Numbered from the stretch's first letter, positions 39,012 through 49,158 are shown. The stretch: DNA of 64,000 nucleotides from Alphaproteobacteria bacterium (GCA_965227515.1 CBDDFZ010000002.1:480001-544000); one strand, 5' to 3'. Translations and numbers: made by a program. Notes: generated from the letters alone by a model not told the origin.

Positions 39012-40520
39012 CTACCGGCTGAACAGCGGCACCGGGTATTCGCCGCCGCCGGCCTGCTGGCCGGTGCAAGATGCGATGCCGTCGTCGCCGATCATGCACA
39101 CCACCTCCGAGCGTTCGAATTCGGTGCCGTCGGAGCACTGCGGATGGTCGCGCTCCTGGATCACGATCATGTCAGGGCTCAGGAACGCGGCGTCCACGTC
39201 CGCCTCGCAGATGGTGCCGTCTTCCAGGTTCAGGCGCGAGCGGCCGCTGCCATCCGGCCCAAAGTCGTACTCGATCACCAGATCGTTGCCGTTGCCCTGG
39301 TCCATCAGCGCCCGCCCGGTGTGCCAGTCGCCCTGCAAGGCGGCGATGTCCATCGCCTCGCGGTCCTCGGCATCGACAACCAGGGGATCGCCTTCGGGTT
39401 CCTGGTCGGTCGCGGCATCTTCGTCCGGCGGGACCGTCGGATCGTCGAGGTCGTTGGCGGCGGTGTCGATATCCGGGTCGATATCCGGCTCCACATCCAC
39501 GGGACGATCGGGCCGGTCGATGCGGTCGATGTCGATGCCGCCGGGCCGGGTGACGATCTCCGGATCGCGGTCAATGGTGGCAACGTCCGGCGGGTCGGGC
39601 GCGACGATATCGGGGCGCGGCGGCGGATCGGCGCGCGGCGGCAGTGGCTGCAACGGCAGTGGACACGCGGCCAGCGCGTCCTGGTAGCGTTGGTCCAGGC
39701 TGGCCAGTTCCACCAGCAGCTCGCGCTCGCGCTCCTGCGCGACCAGCAGGGGGGTGTTGTCGGCCGGCGGCGGCCCGGCGCCGTTCGAGCCCGATGGCGG
39801 GGTCGCCGGGCCATTGCCCGCGCCGCCATTACCCGCCACGACCGGCCCTTCCTCGCTCGGGCCGTCGAGCCAGGCCAGGCCGGGCACGTCGACGCCGAAC
39901 GCCGCCTTCAGCAACAGGGCAGCGGCCAGCAGGAAGATCAGCAGTGCGGCCAGCCACATCAGCCAGCGCCAGTCGAATCCGGCCCGAGCGACAGCGACGG
40001 GTGCGGCGGCGGCGGCTACCGGGGCAGGGGCCGCGGCGACCGAGCCGATGCCGTGCAGCGGCGTTGACGCGGCCACGCCGGAGCGCCGGTTGAAGCCCCA
40101 AAACGTCACCACCGGCTGGTCGCCGACCAGGAAGATGCGGTTGGCGTCGGCGGTTTGCAGCGCCAGCGCGATCAGCTGGCCGAGCGCCTGGTCGCTCTCG
40201 TTGGCGCTGGCCTGCATGGTCTTGGAGAGCGCGTCGAGTTCGGTGCTGAGCTCGGCGAGCCGCGCCTGGGCGGCGGTCGCCTGCTCCGGCGAGGTAGCGT
40301 CCAGCCGCGCGCCTTCACCCGATACCGGCGAATACCAGTCGATCCGGTTGTCCTGATCGTGGCGCACCGGTTCGGCGAAGATGTCGGCATGCGCCTGGCT
40401 CAGCCGTGCCGCCACCACCGCGCGCAACTGCGGATACAGCGTGTGCACCGGCCGGCCGAACGCACCCAGCTCTTGCAGGTCGCCGACCGACCCGAAGTCG
40501 AGACGTTGTCGTTCACTCAT
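39012..40520 (-). CDS. srfA: SrfA-family membrane protein, paralog 1
   Basis: LGAFGRPV...AEP...RIDWY...IFLVGDQPVVTFWGF; one TM; coiled coil plus Pro/Asp linker; Cys-containing C-terminal domain LQGDW...EYDF. Confidence 0.78.
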   Translation of the reverse strand: MSERQRLDFGSVGDLQELGAFGRPVHTLYPQLRAVVAARLSQAHADIFAEPVRHDQDNRIDWYSPVSGEGARLDATSPEQATAAQARLAELSTELDALSKTMQASANESDQALGQLIALALQTADANRIFLVGDQPVVTFWGFNRRSGVAASTPLHGIGSVAAAPAPVAAAAAPVAVARAGFDWRWLMWLAALLIFLLAAALLLKAAFGVDVPGLAWLDGPSEEGPVVAGNGGAGNGPATPPSGSNGAGPPPADNTPLLVAQERERELLVELASLDQRYQDALAACPLPLQPLPPRADPPPRPDIVAPDPPDVATIDRDPEIVTRPGGIDIDRIDRPDRPVDVEPDIDPDIDTAANDLDDPTVPPDEDAATDQEPEGDPLVVDAEDREAMDIAALQGDWHTGRALMDQGNGNDLVIEYDFGPDGSGRSRLNLEDGTICEADVDAAFLSPDMIVIQERDHPQCSDGTEFERSEVVCMIGDDGIASCTGQQAGGGEYPVPLFSR

Positions 40521-40541
40521 GGATGCGATTCCGTCCGTCCC

Positions 40542-41969
40542 CTATTGGAGACAATGGGCCGGCACTGCTTGCTGGCCTGTGGCACGCCGCAACATATCGG
40601 TCAAGCCCGGACCGCCTTCCGGCCGCACCAGGATGCCGCCGGTGATGTTCGCGATGCACTGCACATTCGCGGCACCGGAAAGGTCGATCACGTTGATGGT
40701 GAGGCCGGGGAAGGCGCTCTTCAGCGCCTGGGCGACGGCGCACGGATTGCCGCCGCAGGAGTCCTCGCCGTCGGTCACCACCACCATGTAGGCCGGGTCG
40801 CTGTACGACCGGCCGCCGCGGATCAGGCCGCCGGCCGCTGCCATGGCGTCCGCCAGCGGGGTGCCCTGGCCGGTGCGGATGCCGCTCAGCCGGCTCATCA
40901 ACACGCCGCGCGCCGGCGGCGAGAAGTAACCGTAGTCGCGGATGTCGCGGCAGTCCTGGAAGGTGACCAGACCGACATCGACGTCGGCGGGCGCGTTGCG
41001 GATGGCGCCGGCAATCGCTTCGCGGGCGCGGGAGATGCGGCTGGGGCCATTCGGCTGGGTCATGAGTTGCGCCAGCATGCCGCCGACGTTGCCGCCGAGC
41101 TGCAGGCCCTGGCCGCGCTGGCCATAGGGAATGTCCATGCTGCCGGAGGCATCGAGCACGAACAGCACCTCCGGCGCCTCCTCCGGCGGGCGGATCGGCG
41201 GACACCCGGGCGGCACCGGCTGGGTCGACGTCGGCGTCGGTGTCGGGGCCTGGGTCGGTTCCGTCGGCACCGGTGCGGGCGGCGGATCGGCGGCCGCGAC
41301 CACCACCGGCGGTGGCGGCGGCGGATTCGGGTCCTCGTAGCGCTCCGGCATCATCACCGGGGTCGGCGGAGGCGGAGGTGGCGGCGGTGCTGCGGCCACC
41401 TCGGGCGCGGGCGGCGGTGCCGGGGGATCGGGCTCGACCGGGGTGTCGGCCAGCGCGATCACGACGGACTCGTCGCGTTCCGGCTCAACCGGCGGCTCTT
41501 CTTCAACGGGCTCTGCGGGCGGCTCGGGCGCCTCGGCGACCTGCGGCTCCTCCGGCGGGTCTTCTGGCTCGTCTTCGGGCGGGGGTGCCGTCGGCGGTTC
41601 CGGCGGCGGGGTTGCCTCGGCGACCTGCGGCGGCGGCGGGTCCTCGGGCACGCAGACCCGGCGTTCGTTGAGCAGGCTCCAGCGCAGGCGCGACAGTTCC
41701 TCGGCCAGCGCGGCCTCCTGGCCCTTGGCGCTGTCCAGGGCGGTCATCGCGACCTGATGCAGTATCGCGGCCTCGGCCTCGATCGCCGCCTGGATCTCGG
41801 CGGCCTCGCGCGCCTGGCGCGCTTCCTCGGCGCGGTCCAGCGCAAGCTGCTCCTGCCGCTCGGCCTCTTCCTGGTCGGCCATCACCTTCAGGCCAACGGC
41901 GGCGCCGCCGGCCAGCACAAGTGCTGCCATGCCGGCCCAGGCCGGCCACGGCACACCGTTGCGGCTCAT
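40542..41969 (-). CDS. Membrane-anchored vWA protein with coiled coil and Pro-rich stalk
   Basis: N-terminal TM, helical segment, poly-Pro/Glu linker, MIDAS VLDASGSM, TPLA, VTDGEDSC. Confidence 0.8.
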   Translation of the reverse strand: MSRNGVPWPAWAGMAALVLAGGAAVGLKVMADQEEAERQEQLALDRAEEARQAREAAEIQAAIEAEAAILHQVAMTALDSAKGQEAALAEELSRLRWSLLNERRVCVPEDPPPPQVAEATPPPEPPTAPPPEDEPEDPPEEPQVAEAPEPPAEPVEEEPPVEPERDESVVIALADTPVEPDPPAPPPAPEVAAAPPPPPPPPTPVMMPERYEDPNPPPPPPVVVAAADPPPAPVPTEPTQAPTPTPTSTQPVPPGCPPIRPPEEAPEVLFVLDASGSMDIPYGQRGQGLQLGGNVGGMLAQLMTQPNGPSRISRAREAIAGAIRNAPADVDVGLVTFQDCRDIRDYGYFSPPARGVLMSRLSGIRTGQGTPLADAMAAAGGLIRGGRSYSDPAYMVVVTDGEDSCGGNPCAVAQALKSAFPGLTINVIDLSGAANVQCIANITGGILVRPEGGPGLTDMLRRATGQQAVPAHCLQ

Positions 41970-42113
41970 GACCGGTCTCCGGTCTCGGCGTGATGCATGC
42001 GGCTCTTGTCCATGGCGATCACAATCCTGCTATCCGCCCAATCGAGCCCGGTCCGCCGCCGCCCGGGCCTGAGGGGAATGATGGGCCTCTACTCTTTAGC
42101 CAGCTTGCGCTGG

Positions 42114-42200
42114 AGTCTGCGCCAGCCCTCTCCCCCACCCGGCCGCCCAACAACAGTATCCTGCCTGGGTGGCCGGGTGGGGGAGAGGGCCGGCGCCGAA
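42114..42200 (+). repeat. Long-stem palindromic repeat with AGTATCCTG loop, copy 3 of 4
   Basis: CCCTCTCCCCCACCCGGCCGCCCAACAACAGTATCCTGCCTGGGTGGCCGGGTGGGGGAGAGGG. Confidence 0.88.
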
Positions 42201-42213
42201 TGAACCAAAATTC

Positions 42214-43656
42214 TTATCGCTGTATCGCGACCTCGAACGTGGCGCCGTCCTCGTGCACGCCCTGGCAGTCCGACCGGGTATCGTCATCGCTGGTACATTC
42301 GATGGTCCACGCCCGGTAGGAACCGCCATTGTCGCACTCGATTGCCTCGTGGGTTGCAATGGTGAGCCCACGATTGGGCGACAATGTGGCGTCGACGGGG
42401 CCGGAACATGCAATCCCGCCTTCCTCTGCGACATTGACCACGCCGGTGCCGTCGGTCTCGAAGCAGTATTCCATCGCGATCGGCACGTCGTCCTGGTTGA
42501 CCAGATCGGTGATCGACTGCCAGCAGCCCTCCAGGAACGCCATGTCGTCGCCGACCTCGGCGCTGTCCGGCACGACCAGGGACTCGATGACCTCCTCGTC
42601 GCTTTCCTCGTCCGGCGCGTCGTCTTCGACAGGTTCTTCGTCGGCAGGCTCTTCGTCGGCAGGGTCTTCGTCGGATGTCTCGTCCTCGGCCTGTTCGTCC
42701 TCGGCCGGCTCCTCGTCGGCGGGTTCGTCCTCGGCCACCGAATCCTCATCCTCCTCGGGCGGCACATAGGGGATGATCAGCTCCGCCGGTTCGCAGGCGG
42801 ACTTCTCCTCCGCCAGTTCGTGCTCCAGGGCGGCGAGCCAGATGCGCAGGTCGCGGGCGCGGCCAAGCTCTTCGATCAGCGGCGAGGTGTCGACCGGCGG
42901 CGGGGGCGGTGGCCCGGTGTCCGGCGGCGGGCCATCGTTGTCGGCCACGTCGGTGGTGTCGTCCTCCAGCCCGATGTCGTGCAGCAGCCACGCGGCGAGC
43001 ACAACCAGCGCCACCAGGCCGACCAGGAACAGCGCCCACTGCCAGCCGCCGCCGGCGGGTGCCGGTGCGGGCGCCACAGGAGCAGCCTGGGCCGGCGGCG
43101 GGGCCGGTGTGAACGCGGCCGCGGTGGGCGTCGCCGTGCCGCTGGCGGGGGCAGCTGCCGCGGGCGGCGGTGCCGCCGGAATGAACTGGGCGAGCGGGCT
43201 TGGCGCATCGTCCTCGGTGGCGTCCTCGACATGGGCCCAGCACACCGCAACCGGCTGGTCGCCGACGACATAGAGCCGCTCGGTCGACGGCACCTTCAGC
43301 GCCAACTCCAGCAACTGGCCGAGCAGCACTTCGTGGTCGCGGCCGCTGTCGATCAATTCCTGGGCGATGCGGCCGATGTCGACCACGATCTCGCCGACCT
43401 CCGCCTCCACCTTCTCGCGCTCCTCGTCGGGCAGCAGCAGGAAGGGGGTCACTGTGCCGGTGGCCTTGGTGTACCAGTCGACGCGCTGGTCCTTGCCGGT
43501 GAACAGCGGCTCGGCCAGGAAGCGGGCGTGGCGCTGCGACAGGCGGGCGGCAAGCAGTGCCGTGAACTGCGCATGACCGGCCAGCGCCGGCTCGCCCTGC
43601 AGGCCGAGCGCCCTCAGCCCGCGCATATCGGTACTTGTGATCAGCGTGTCGGCCAC
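42214..43656 (-). CDS. srfA: SrfA-family membrane protein, paralog 2
   Basis: ALGLQGEP...FLAEP...RVDWY...LYVVGDQPVAVCW; TM; acidic 5-aa repeats; C-terminal FLEGCW...MEYCF domain; GTG start. Confidence 0.75.
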   Translation of the reverse strand: MADTLITSTDMRGLRALGLQGEPALAGHAQFTALLAARLSQRHARFLAEPLFTGKDQRVDWYTKATGTVTPFLLLPDEEREKVEAEVGEIVVDIGRIAQELIDSGRDHEVLLGQLLELALKVPSTERLYVVGDQPVAVCWAHVEDATEDDAPSPLAQFIPAAPPPAAAAPASGTATPTAAAFTPAPPPAQAAPVAPAPAPAGGGWQWALFLVGLVALVVLAAWLLHDIGLEDDTTDVADNDGPPPDTGPPPPPPVDTSPLIEELGRARDLRIWLAALEHELAEEKSACEPAELIIPYVPPEEDEDSVAEDEPADEEPAEDEQAEDETSDEDPADEEPADEEPVEDDAPDEESDEEVIESLVVPDSAEVGDDMAFLEGCWQSITDLVNQDDVPIAMEYCFETDGTGVVNVAEEGGIACSGPVDATLSPNRGLTIATHEAIECDNGGSYRAWTIECTSDDDTRSDCQGVHEDGATFEVAIQR

Positions 43657-43808
43657 GGGCTCTCGGTCGTCATTCGATTATCGGGAACAATGGCGGCAGA
43701 ATGCGCAACGCGGCACGATAGGCAAGGGATTGCGACGATTTTCGGGCGAAATGGTCGGCATTGCGGCCGGCATGGGCCGGCGATCACTTGCGCGGTTCGC
43801 CCGGCGAC

Positions 43809-46781
43809 TCAGGTCACGACCTTGGGGAAGCTGGGCTTCAGCGTCTTCAGCAGATCGGCCCACTCCAGGACCTTGCTCAACGTGATGTCGACACTGAATC
43901 CCCACAGCACCGCGGCCATGAAATCGTCGAACGTGCCGGCGAAGCTGGGCCTGAAGATCGCAAAGCCGCCCAGAATGACGAACGCGGCGGCGACAAGCGT
44001 CTGTACGGCATTGATCATCCATACCGACTTATGGCGCGCCACCGCCGCCAAATAGCCTTGTGGCGGCAGGACTTGGAGGTCGTGGTCCGCCACACGCGGC
44101 TTGGGATCGGCAACGGTGTATGCCACCGCACGCACCGGCACGCGGCCGAGGCGGTTCGGCGTGAAGGTAAACTTCAAGCCGCCCTCATCCGGGAACTGAG
44201 GTCGGCCATCCACTGACCACTGGATCTTGAAACCCGACGGCACCTCGTCCGTCGCCGGATCGAGCACAGCTTCAATCTCAATCGGCACGTCCTTGTAGGC
44301 GAAATCGGCAACTTCCAACCGGATCGACCACGACGCTTCCGCTTCCTTGTCTTCCGGTTCCGGTTCCGGTTCCCCGCCCGGGAGGCGCAGAGCCGGCAGG
44401 CCAAGCGACGTCAGCGAGAACCTGCCGGCCAGAAGCGATTGCAACTGCAACAATTCGGGTGCCTGTTGAACGGGCGGGGTCAGGGTCTCCAGCGCTGCCA
44501 GGAATTTGCCCTGCTCCAGGTCGTCGGCGCCGGCATGGCCGGCGACTATGCCGGCGGCCTCAAGCGCCTCCGACAACGCAATCCATAGGCCGTTCAAGTT
44601 CTCGACGAGCTTCTGCGTGCCGGGCGTGGCGGCTTCGCTGACGTTGTCCCCCAACGCCTCGATGGCATCGCGCAATTTCTCCACCGGCTTTGTATCGGCG
44701 GTGCCAGACTGGCCTTCCAGCTCCCGCAGCACGGTGCTCGCCGCGGCGTGAATCGAAAGCCCCGCGTGCTGGCGCAGGCGGTAGTCGACATCGCGCCACA
44801 ATCTGGCGAGTGCCGACAGCATCGTCGTGAACTTGGTCGCGTCCTTTACGTTTTTGGCGGTGTCTTCGAAGGCTCCGATCCTGGCAACAATGTCGGCGAC
44901 CGACGTGGCCCATTCCGCCCCGCCGACCTTGATCTCCGGCCACGGCTTGGCTTGTTGCAGCCACAATCGCGCTTGGTCGGCCCACGCGGTGGCGGCATCG
45001 CGGATGGCAGGTATGCGCTGCTTGGCCAGCGACGTGTTGAAGGTCTCAACGCTGCCGAGCACGCCAGTGGCGAGCAGGGTTCGTTGCTGATCCAGCTCGG
45101 TCTGCAGATTGCGAAGGGGTTCTGCGACCACAGGCGGCCACAATCCGGGCGTGCGCAGGGCGGCATCCCACGCGCTTAGCGTCTCGTTCGCTGTCTTCTG
45201 CCGTTCCTTGGCGTTCTCCAAAACCTTGTTCAGTTCCTCTTCGGCGGTGGTCTTGGCATCCGCGATCGAGTCGGTTGATGCCAGCACGCTGTTGATGTTG
45301 CGGGTCAGCTCCTCTCGGACAGCCTGCAACCGGCCGATGATTTCCTTGTCGACCGTCGAATTGATGATGCGGTCGAGCTTGGCCTCGAGCAAATGGGCGG
45401 GGATCATCGCCTCGTTGCGCACACGCATTTTGTTCAGCAGCCAGCGAACGATCAGCCCGAGCAGGACGCCAAAACCGATGGCGAGGATCAGCCAAAGGAA
45501 ATCGAGGCGGGTGGTGATCTCGACCGGGATGGTGATGTCCTGGGCCAGCAGGTCCGAGCGGACCACGATGCGGCCGCTCACGGTGCCGACCTCCAGGTCG
45601 TTCTCAACCGCCAGGGTTGCGTTGCCCTGGTGGTGCGGTGGCGTGACATCGGGAAACGTGACCTTCAGCACCGCGTCCACCGGGTGGGTATCGCTCGACA
45701 CCAGCGCCACCGACAGCTCCGTTTGGACCGGGCTGAAGTACGACTTGCCGCCGGTTTCGGCGAAGACGATCCGGTCGGCGGACATCTCGTCGTCTTCAAG
45801 AACGGCGCTGATGAACTCGATTTTCAGCGGGTCGGTCAGGTCCAGCACGGCCGCCGGGCGCACGATCTTCAGCGACAGCGTATCCACTGGCTTGTCCGCG
45901 CCCGGCAGGTTCACATCGACATCGACGGTGTAGACGCCGGCCGGAACGATGGCGTCCGCCTGCATGGTGACCGACAGCGCCCGCGCGTCCTGGTCCAGCG
46001 CCAACACGACGGTGGCATGGTCGATTTCCTGGTTGTCGCGCTGCACCCGGCGGGTCAGGAATTCCAGCGAGTCCAGATCGATATCGGTGGCGACGATGCG
46101 GACCGGAATGCTGCGCACCACCGGCGCATCGGGGGGCGCGGCCAGGTCCAGCTGGAGGCCGGACTCGCCGACCACGTCCAGCACGTTGTCCGGCAGCGGC
46201 GCGGGCCGCTCGACCGTCAGTGTCACCGTGTCGACCGGCTGCGCCACATCGGCCAGCATCACATCGATGTCTACCGTGTAGGTGCCGGGCGGAAAGATGG
46301 CCGCGGGCTGCATCGTCAGCACCAGCCGCAATTCATCCTGGTTCAGGTCCACCGCGATGGTGGAGACGTCAATGTCCTGGTCGTCGCGGCGCACCCGCCG
46401 GGTGACGAAGTTGACCGTATCGAGGTCGATGTCGGGCGCGGTGATGCGGACCGGGACGTTGCGCACCACCGGCTGGCTGGGCGGCTCGGCCAAGGCCAAG
46501 GTCAGGGTGGGCGTGCCGGCCACCTCCAGAATGTCGTCGGGCGGCGGCGACTCTGGCGCGGCCGGCTGTTCGGTGTCGGCCTGTGGCGGGGCGTCGGCCT
46601 GTGGCGGGGCGTCGGCCTGGTCCGTGTCCTGGGCGCTGGCCGTCCACGATGCCGCTGCGCAAAGCAACAGGCCGGCCAGGCCAGTGCGCGCAATGCCAAC
46701 CAGGCGCCGTCGAATATCCAATGAATCGGATTGGAGAGAATAAAGCGACCGCGAATATGTGCGGCGTTGCGGGATGCCCAT
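43809..46781 (-). CDS. Large hypothetical membrane protein with a duplicated extracellular beta-rich domain
   Basis: 990-aa ORF with signal peptide, two ~118-aa repeats, central TM (FLWLILAIGFGVLLGLIV), coiled coil and two C-terminal TMs; exact start uncertain. Confidence 0.75.
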   Translation of the reverse strand: MGIPQRRTYSRSLYSLQSDSLDIRRRLVGIARTGLAGLLLCAAASWTASAQDTDQADAPPQADAPPQADTEQPAAPESPPPDDILEVAGTPTLTLALAEPPSQPVVRNVPVRITAPDIDLDTVNFVTRRVRRDDQDIDVSTIAVDLNQDELRLVLTMQPAAIFPPGTYTVDIDVMLADVAQPVDTVTLTVERPAPLPDNVLDVVGESGLQLDLAAPPDAPVVRSIPVRIVATDIDLDSLEFLTRRVQRDNQEIDHATVVLALDQDARALSVTMQADAIVPAGVYTVDVDVNLPGADKPVDTLSLKIVRPAAVLDLTDPLKIEFISAVLEDDEMSADRIVFAETGGKSYFSPVQTELSVALVSSDTHPVDAVLKVTFPDVTPPHHQGNATLAVENDLEVGTVSGRIVVRSDLLAQDITIPVEITTRLDFLWLILAIGFGVLLGLIVRWLLNKMRVRNEAMIPAHLLEAKLDRIINSTVDKEIIGRLQAVREELTRNINSVLASTDSIADAKTTAEEELNKVLENAKERQKTANETLSAWDAALRTPGLWPPVVAEPLRNLQTELDQQRTLLATGVLGSVETFNTSLAKQRIPAIRDAATAWADQARLWLQQAKPWPEIKVGGAEWATSVADIVARIGAFEDTAKNVKDATKFTTMLSALARLWRDVDYRLRQHAGLSIHAAASTVLRELEGQSGTADTKPVEKLRDAIEALGDNVSEAATPGTQKLVENLNGLWIALSEALEAAGIVAGHAGADDLEQGKFLAALETLTPPVQQAPELLQLQSLLAGRFSLTSLGLPALRLPGGEPEPEPEDKEAEASWSIRLEVADFAYKDVPIEIEAVLDPATDEVPSGFKIQWSVDGRPQFPDEGGLKFTFTPNRLGRVPVRAVAYTVADPKPRVADHDLQVLPPQGYLAAVARHKSVWMINAVQTLVAAAFVILGGFAIFRPSFAGTFDDFMAAVLWGFSVDITLSKVLEWADLLKTLKPSFPKVVT

Positions 46782-46866
46782 GGCAGCGCCCCTTCTCGGT
46801 GGGACCCGGAGCGAAGTATGAAATTTCAGAGAGAATTATGAATGGCGATGCGCCACAGGGCAATTG

Positions 46867-48219
46867 CTAGGCGCCGGCGGCACCGCCGCGCGAGGCCAGG
46901 CCGCCGGTCTCAACAGCCGGCGCGTCCGCTGCCGTGGGCAGCCGGCGCGGCAACGTCGCGACCGCGCCGATGATCACCAGAGCGGCCCCCGCCAGGCAGT
47001 AGAACAGGGTGTCGAAGCCCCAATTGTCGTAGATCACCGCGATCAGCGGCAGGGTCAGCGCCAGCACCACGAACGCCACCACATAGCGCACGCCATAGAT
47101 GCGGGCGCGGAACTCGCCGCTGGCCATCTTGCCGATCATGAAGTCGTTGATCGGGATCTGGCCGAACGCCCCCAGCATGAAGCCGAGCGCGACCGCCAGC
47201 GCCAGGCCGTCGCTCAGCCCTGGCATCAACAGGAAGAAGACGACCTGGATGGCGGCGACGCCGAGATAGACCCGGCGCGGGCCAAGCCGGTCGAGCAGGC
47301 GGCCGACCACCAGTTGCGCGCCGGACGCCACCGCGAACACGACGAAGGCGAGGATGCCGACCAGGGTCGCCGCGCCGCCGGTGGCGCCGTCCGGCGCGCC
47401 CTCGGCGATGTCTTCGGCTTCGATGGCCGGCTGGTCCAGCCACGTGGAGAGGTCGTCGGCGAGCCCGCCCAGCCGCTCGTCGAAGATCTTCGGCAGCGCG
47501 AACGTGGTCGACTGGAACACCACCGAGGCGACGGCAGTGGTCAGGAACACGATCGCCGACACCCGCACGATCGCTGCCCGCACCTCGGGTGCCAGGGCTG
47601 GCGCCTTGGCCTTGGGTGTCTTGGCGCTGGGTGTCGTGGCCGCCTGCTTGGCCGGACGCGGGGCCACGATGCCGTCCCACCGCAGCCAGATGTAGACCAG
47701 GCCGACCGCAATCGACACCGCGCCGGGCAGGATGAACGCGAAGCGCCAGCCGCCATGGTCGATCAGATAGCCGGTGATCAGCGCGGCACTGGCGACCCCC
47801 AGGTTGCCCCACACACCGTTGGCCGCGATCCGCCGGCCCATGTCGCGCCACCGCATGGTCACGATGGCGAGCCCGACCGGGTGATAGATCGCGGCGAAGG
47901 CGCCTATCACGAACAGGCCGATGCCCATCTGCAGCGGCGTTTCGGTGAAGCTGGTGGCAATCGCCGCCAGCCCGATGCCGACGAAGAACACCGCCATCAT
48001 GCCGTCGCGGCTCCACTTGTCGGCCAGCCAGCCGGCCGGCAGCGCGAACAGGCCGAAGGCGAAGAAGCCGGGCGAGGCGTAGGCCAGCAGCTCGGCGTAG
48101 TCCATCTGCCATTCGCGGTGCAGTGCCAGCGCCGCCACCGTGGCGAAGATCAGCGTGAACAGGTGGTCCAGGAAGTGGCCGATGTTCAGCAGCAGGAAGA
48201 AGGCGCGGTCGCGGGTCAT
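46867..48219 (-). CDS. MFS transporter
   Basis: About 12 hydrophobic segments; GWLADKWSR and GRLLDRLGPRR motif-A loops; AIYHPVG. Confidence 0.9.
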   Translation of the reverse strand: MTRDRAFFLLLNIGHFLDHLFTLIFATVAALALHREWQMDYAELLAYASPGFFAFGLFALPAGWLADKWSRDGMMAVFFVGIGLAAIATSFTETPLQMGIGLFVIGAFAAIYHPVGLAIVTMRWRDMGRRIAANGVWGNLGVASAALITGYLIDHGGWRFAFILPGAVSIAVGLVYIWLRWDGIVAPRPAKQAATTPSAKTPKAKAPALAPEVRAAIVRVSAIVFLTTAVASVVFQSTTFALPKIFDERLGGLADDLSTWLDQPAIEAEDIAEGAPDGATGGAATLVGILAFVVFAVASGAQLVVGRLLDRLGPRRVYLGVAAIQVVFFLLMPGLSDGLALAVALGFMLGAFGQIPINDFMIGKMASGEFRARIYGVRYVVAFVVLALTLPLIAVIYDNWGFDTLFYCLAGAALVIIGAVATLPRRLPTAADAPAVETGGLASRGGAAGA

Positions 48220-48372
48220 GGGTGTTTCCTAGCCGAATTTGCAGAGCAGCACACGTCGCAGCACACGCCGCGGCGTATGTGGCGGCGATGGCTCACGCGA
48301 TCCTGGGCTTGGCGATATCGCGAAGTCATGCCAATGATCGTCGCGAAACAGACAAGATGATGCCTGTCCCAC

Positions 48373-49158
48373 ATGGGCCAATTGCGCAGCACCAATGCCG
48401 ACGACTACCAGCACCTGCCGCAGCCCATCGGCGCGATGGCGAAGCGGTTCGCGGACGGCTTCGTCATTCCGCTGCACAGCCATCCGCGCGACCAGCTTCT
48501 ATATGCCATCAGCGGCGTGATGCGGCTGCGCACGGAGGGCGCGGCCTGGGTGGTACCGCCGGACGGCGCCGCCTACATCCCAGCCGGCACGCCGCACGCC
48601 GTGCACATCCACGGCCGCGTCGACATGCGCACGCTCTACATCGACACGGCGCGGACCAAGGCCGAGCACGGTGCCGCGCGGCCGGACCTCCGGGTGGTCG
48701 CCGTTTCCGGCCTGTTGCGCGAACTGATCATGGCGCTGTGCGAGGAGCCGGTGGACTATCCCTCCGGCGGCCGCGCCGAGCTGCTCGCCAGCCTGATCGC
48801 GCACGAGCTTCGGGCTGCCCCGGCGCTCGCCCTGCACGCGCCGCTACCAACGGACCCACGGTTGCAGCGGGTCTGTGCGGCTTTGCTGGCCGATCCGGCC
48901 AACCGCTATAGCCTGGAGGCATGGGCGACGGACGCAGGAGCCTCGGCGCGCACCCTGGCCCGGCTGTTCCAGAGCGAACTTGGCATGAGCTTCGGCGCTT
49001 GGCGCCAGCGGGTGCGGTTCCAGGGCGCGCTGGAGGCACTGTCCGCTGGAGCCTCCATCGCCCAGGTGGCACACGCGCACGGCTATCAGAGCCCGAGCGC
49101 CTTCACGTCCGCTTTCGGCAAGGCGATGGGCTTTGCCCCATCGCAGGCGCGCCGCTAA
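48373..49158 (+). CDS. AraC-family regulator with N-terminal cupin
   Basis: HSHPRDQLLYA; SARTLARLF...GMSFGAWRQ; GYQSPSAF. Confidence 0.93.
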   Translation: MGQLRSTNADDYQHLPQPIGAMAKRFADGFVIPLHSHPRDQLLYAISGVMRLRTEGAAWVVPPDGAAYIPAGTPHAVHIHGRVDMRTLYIDTARTKAEHGAARPDLRVVAVSGLLRELIMALCEEPVDYPSGGRAELLASLIAHELRAAPALALHAPLPTDPRLQRVCAALLADPANRYSLEAWATDAGASARTLARLFQSELGMSFGAWRQRVRFQGALEALSAGASIAQVAHAHGYQSPSAFTSAFGKAMGFAPSQARR

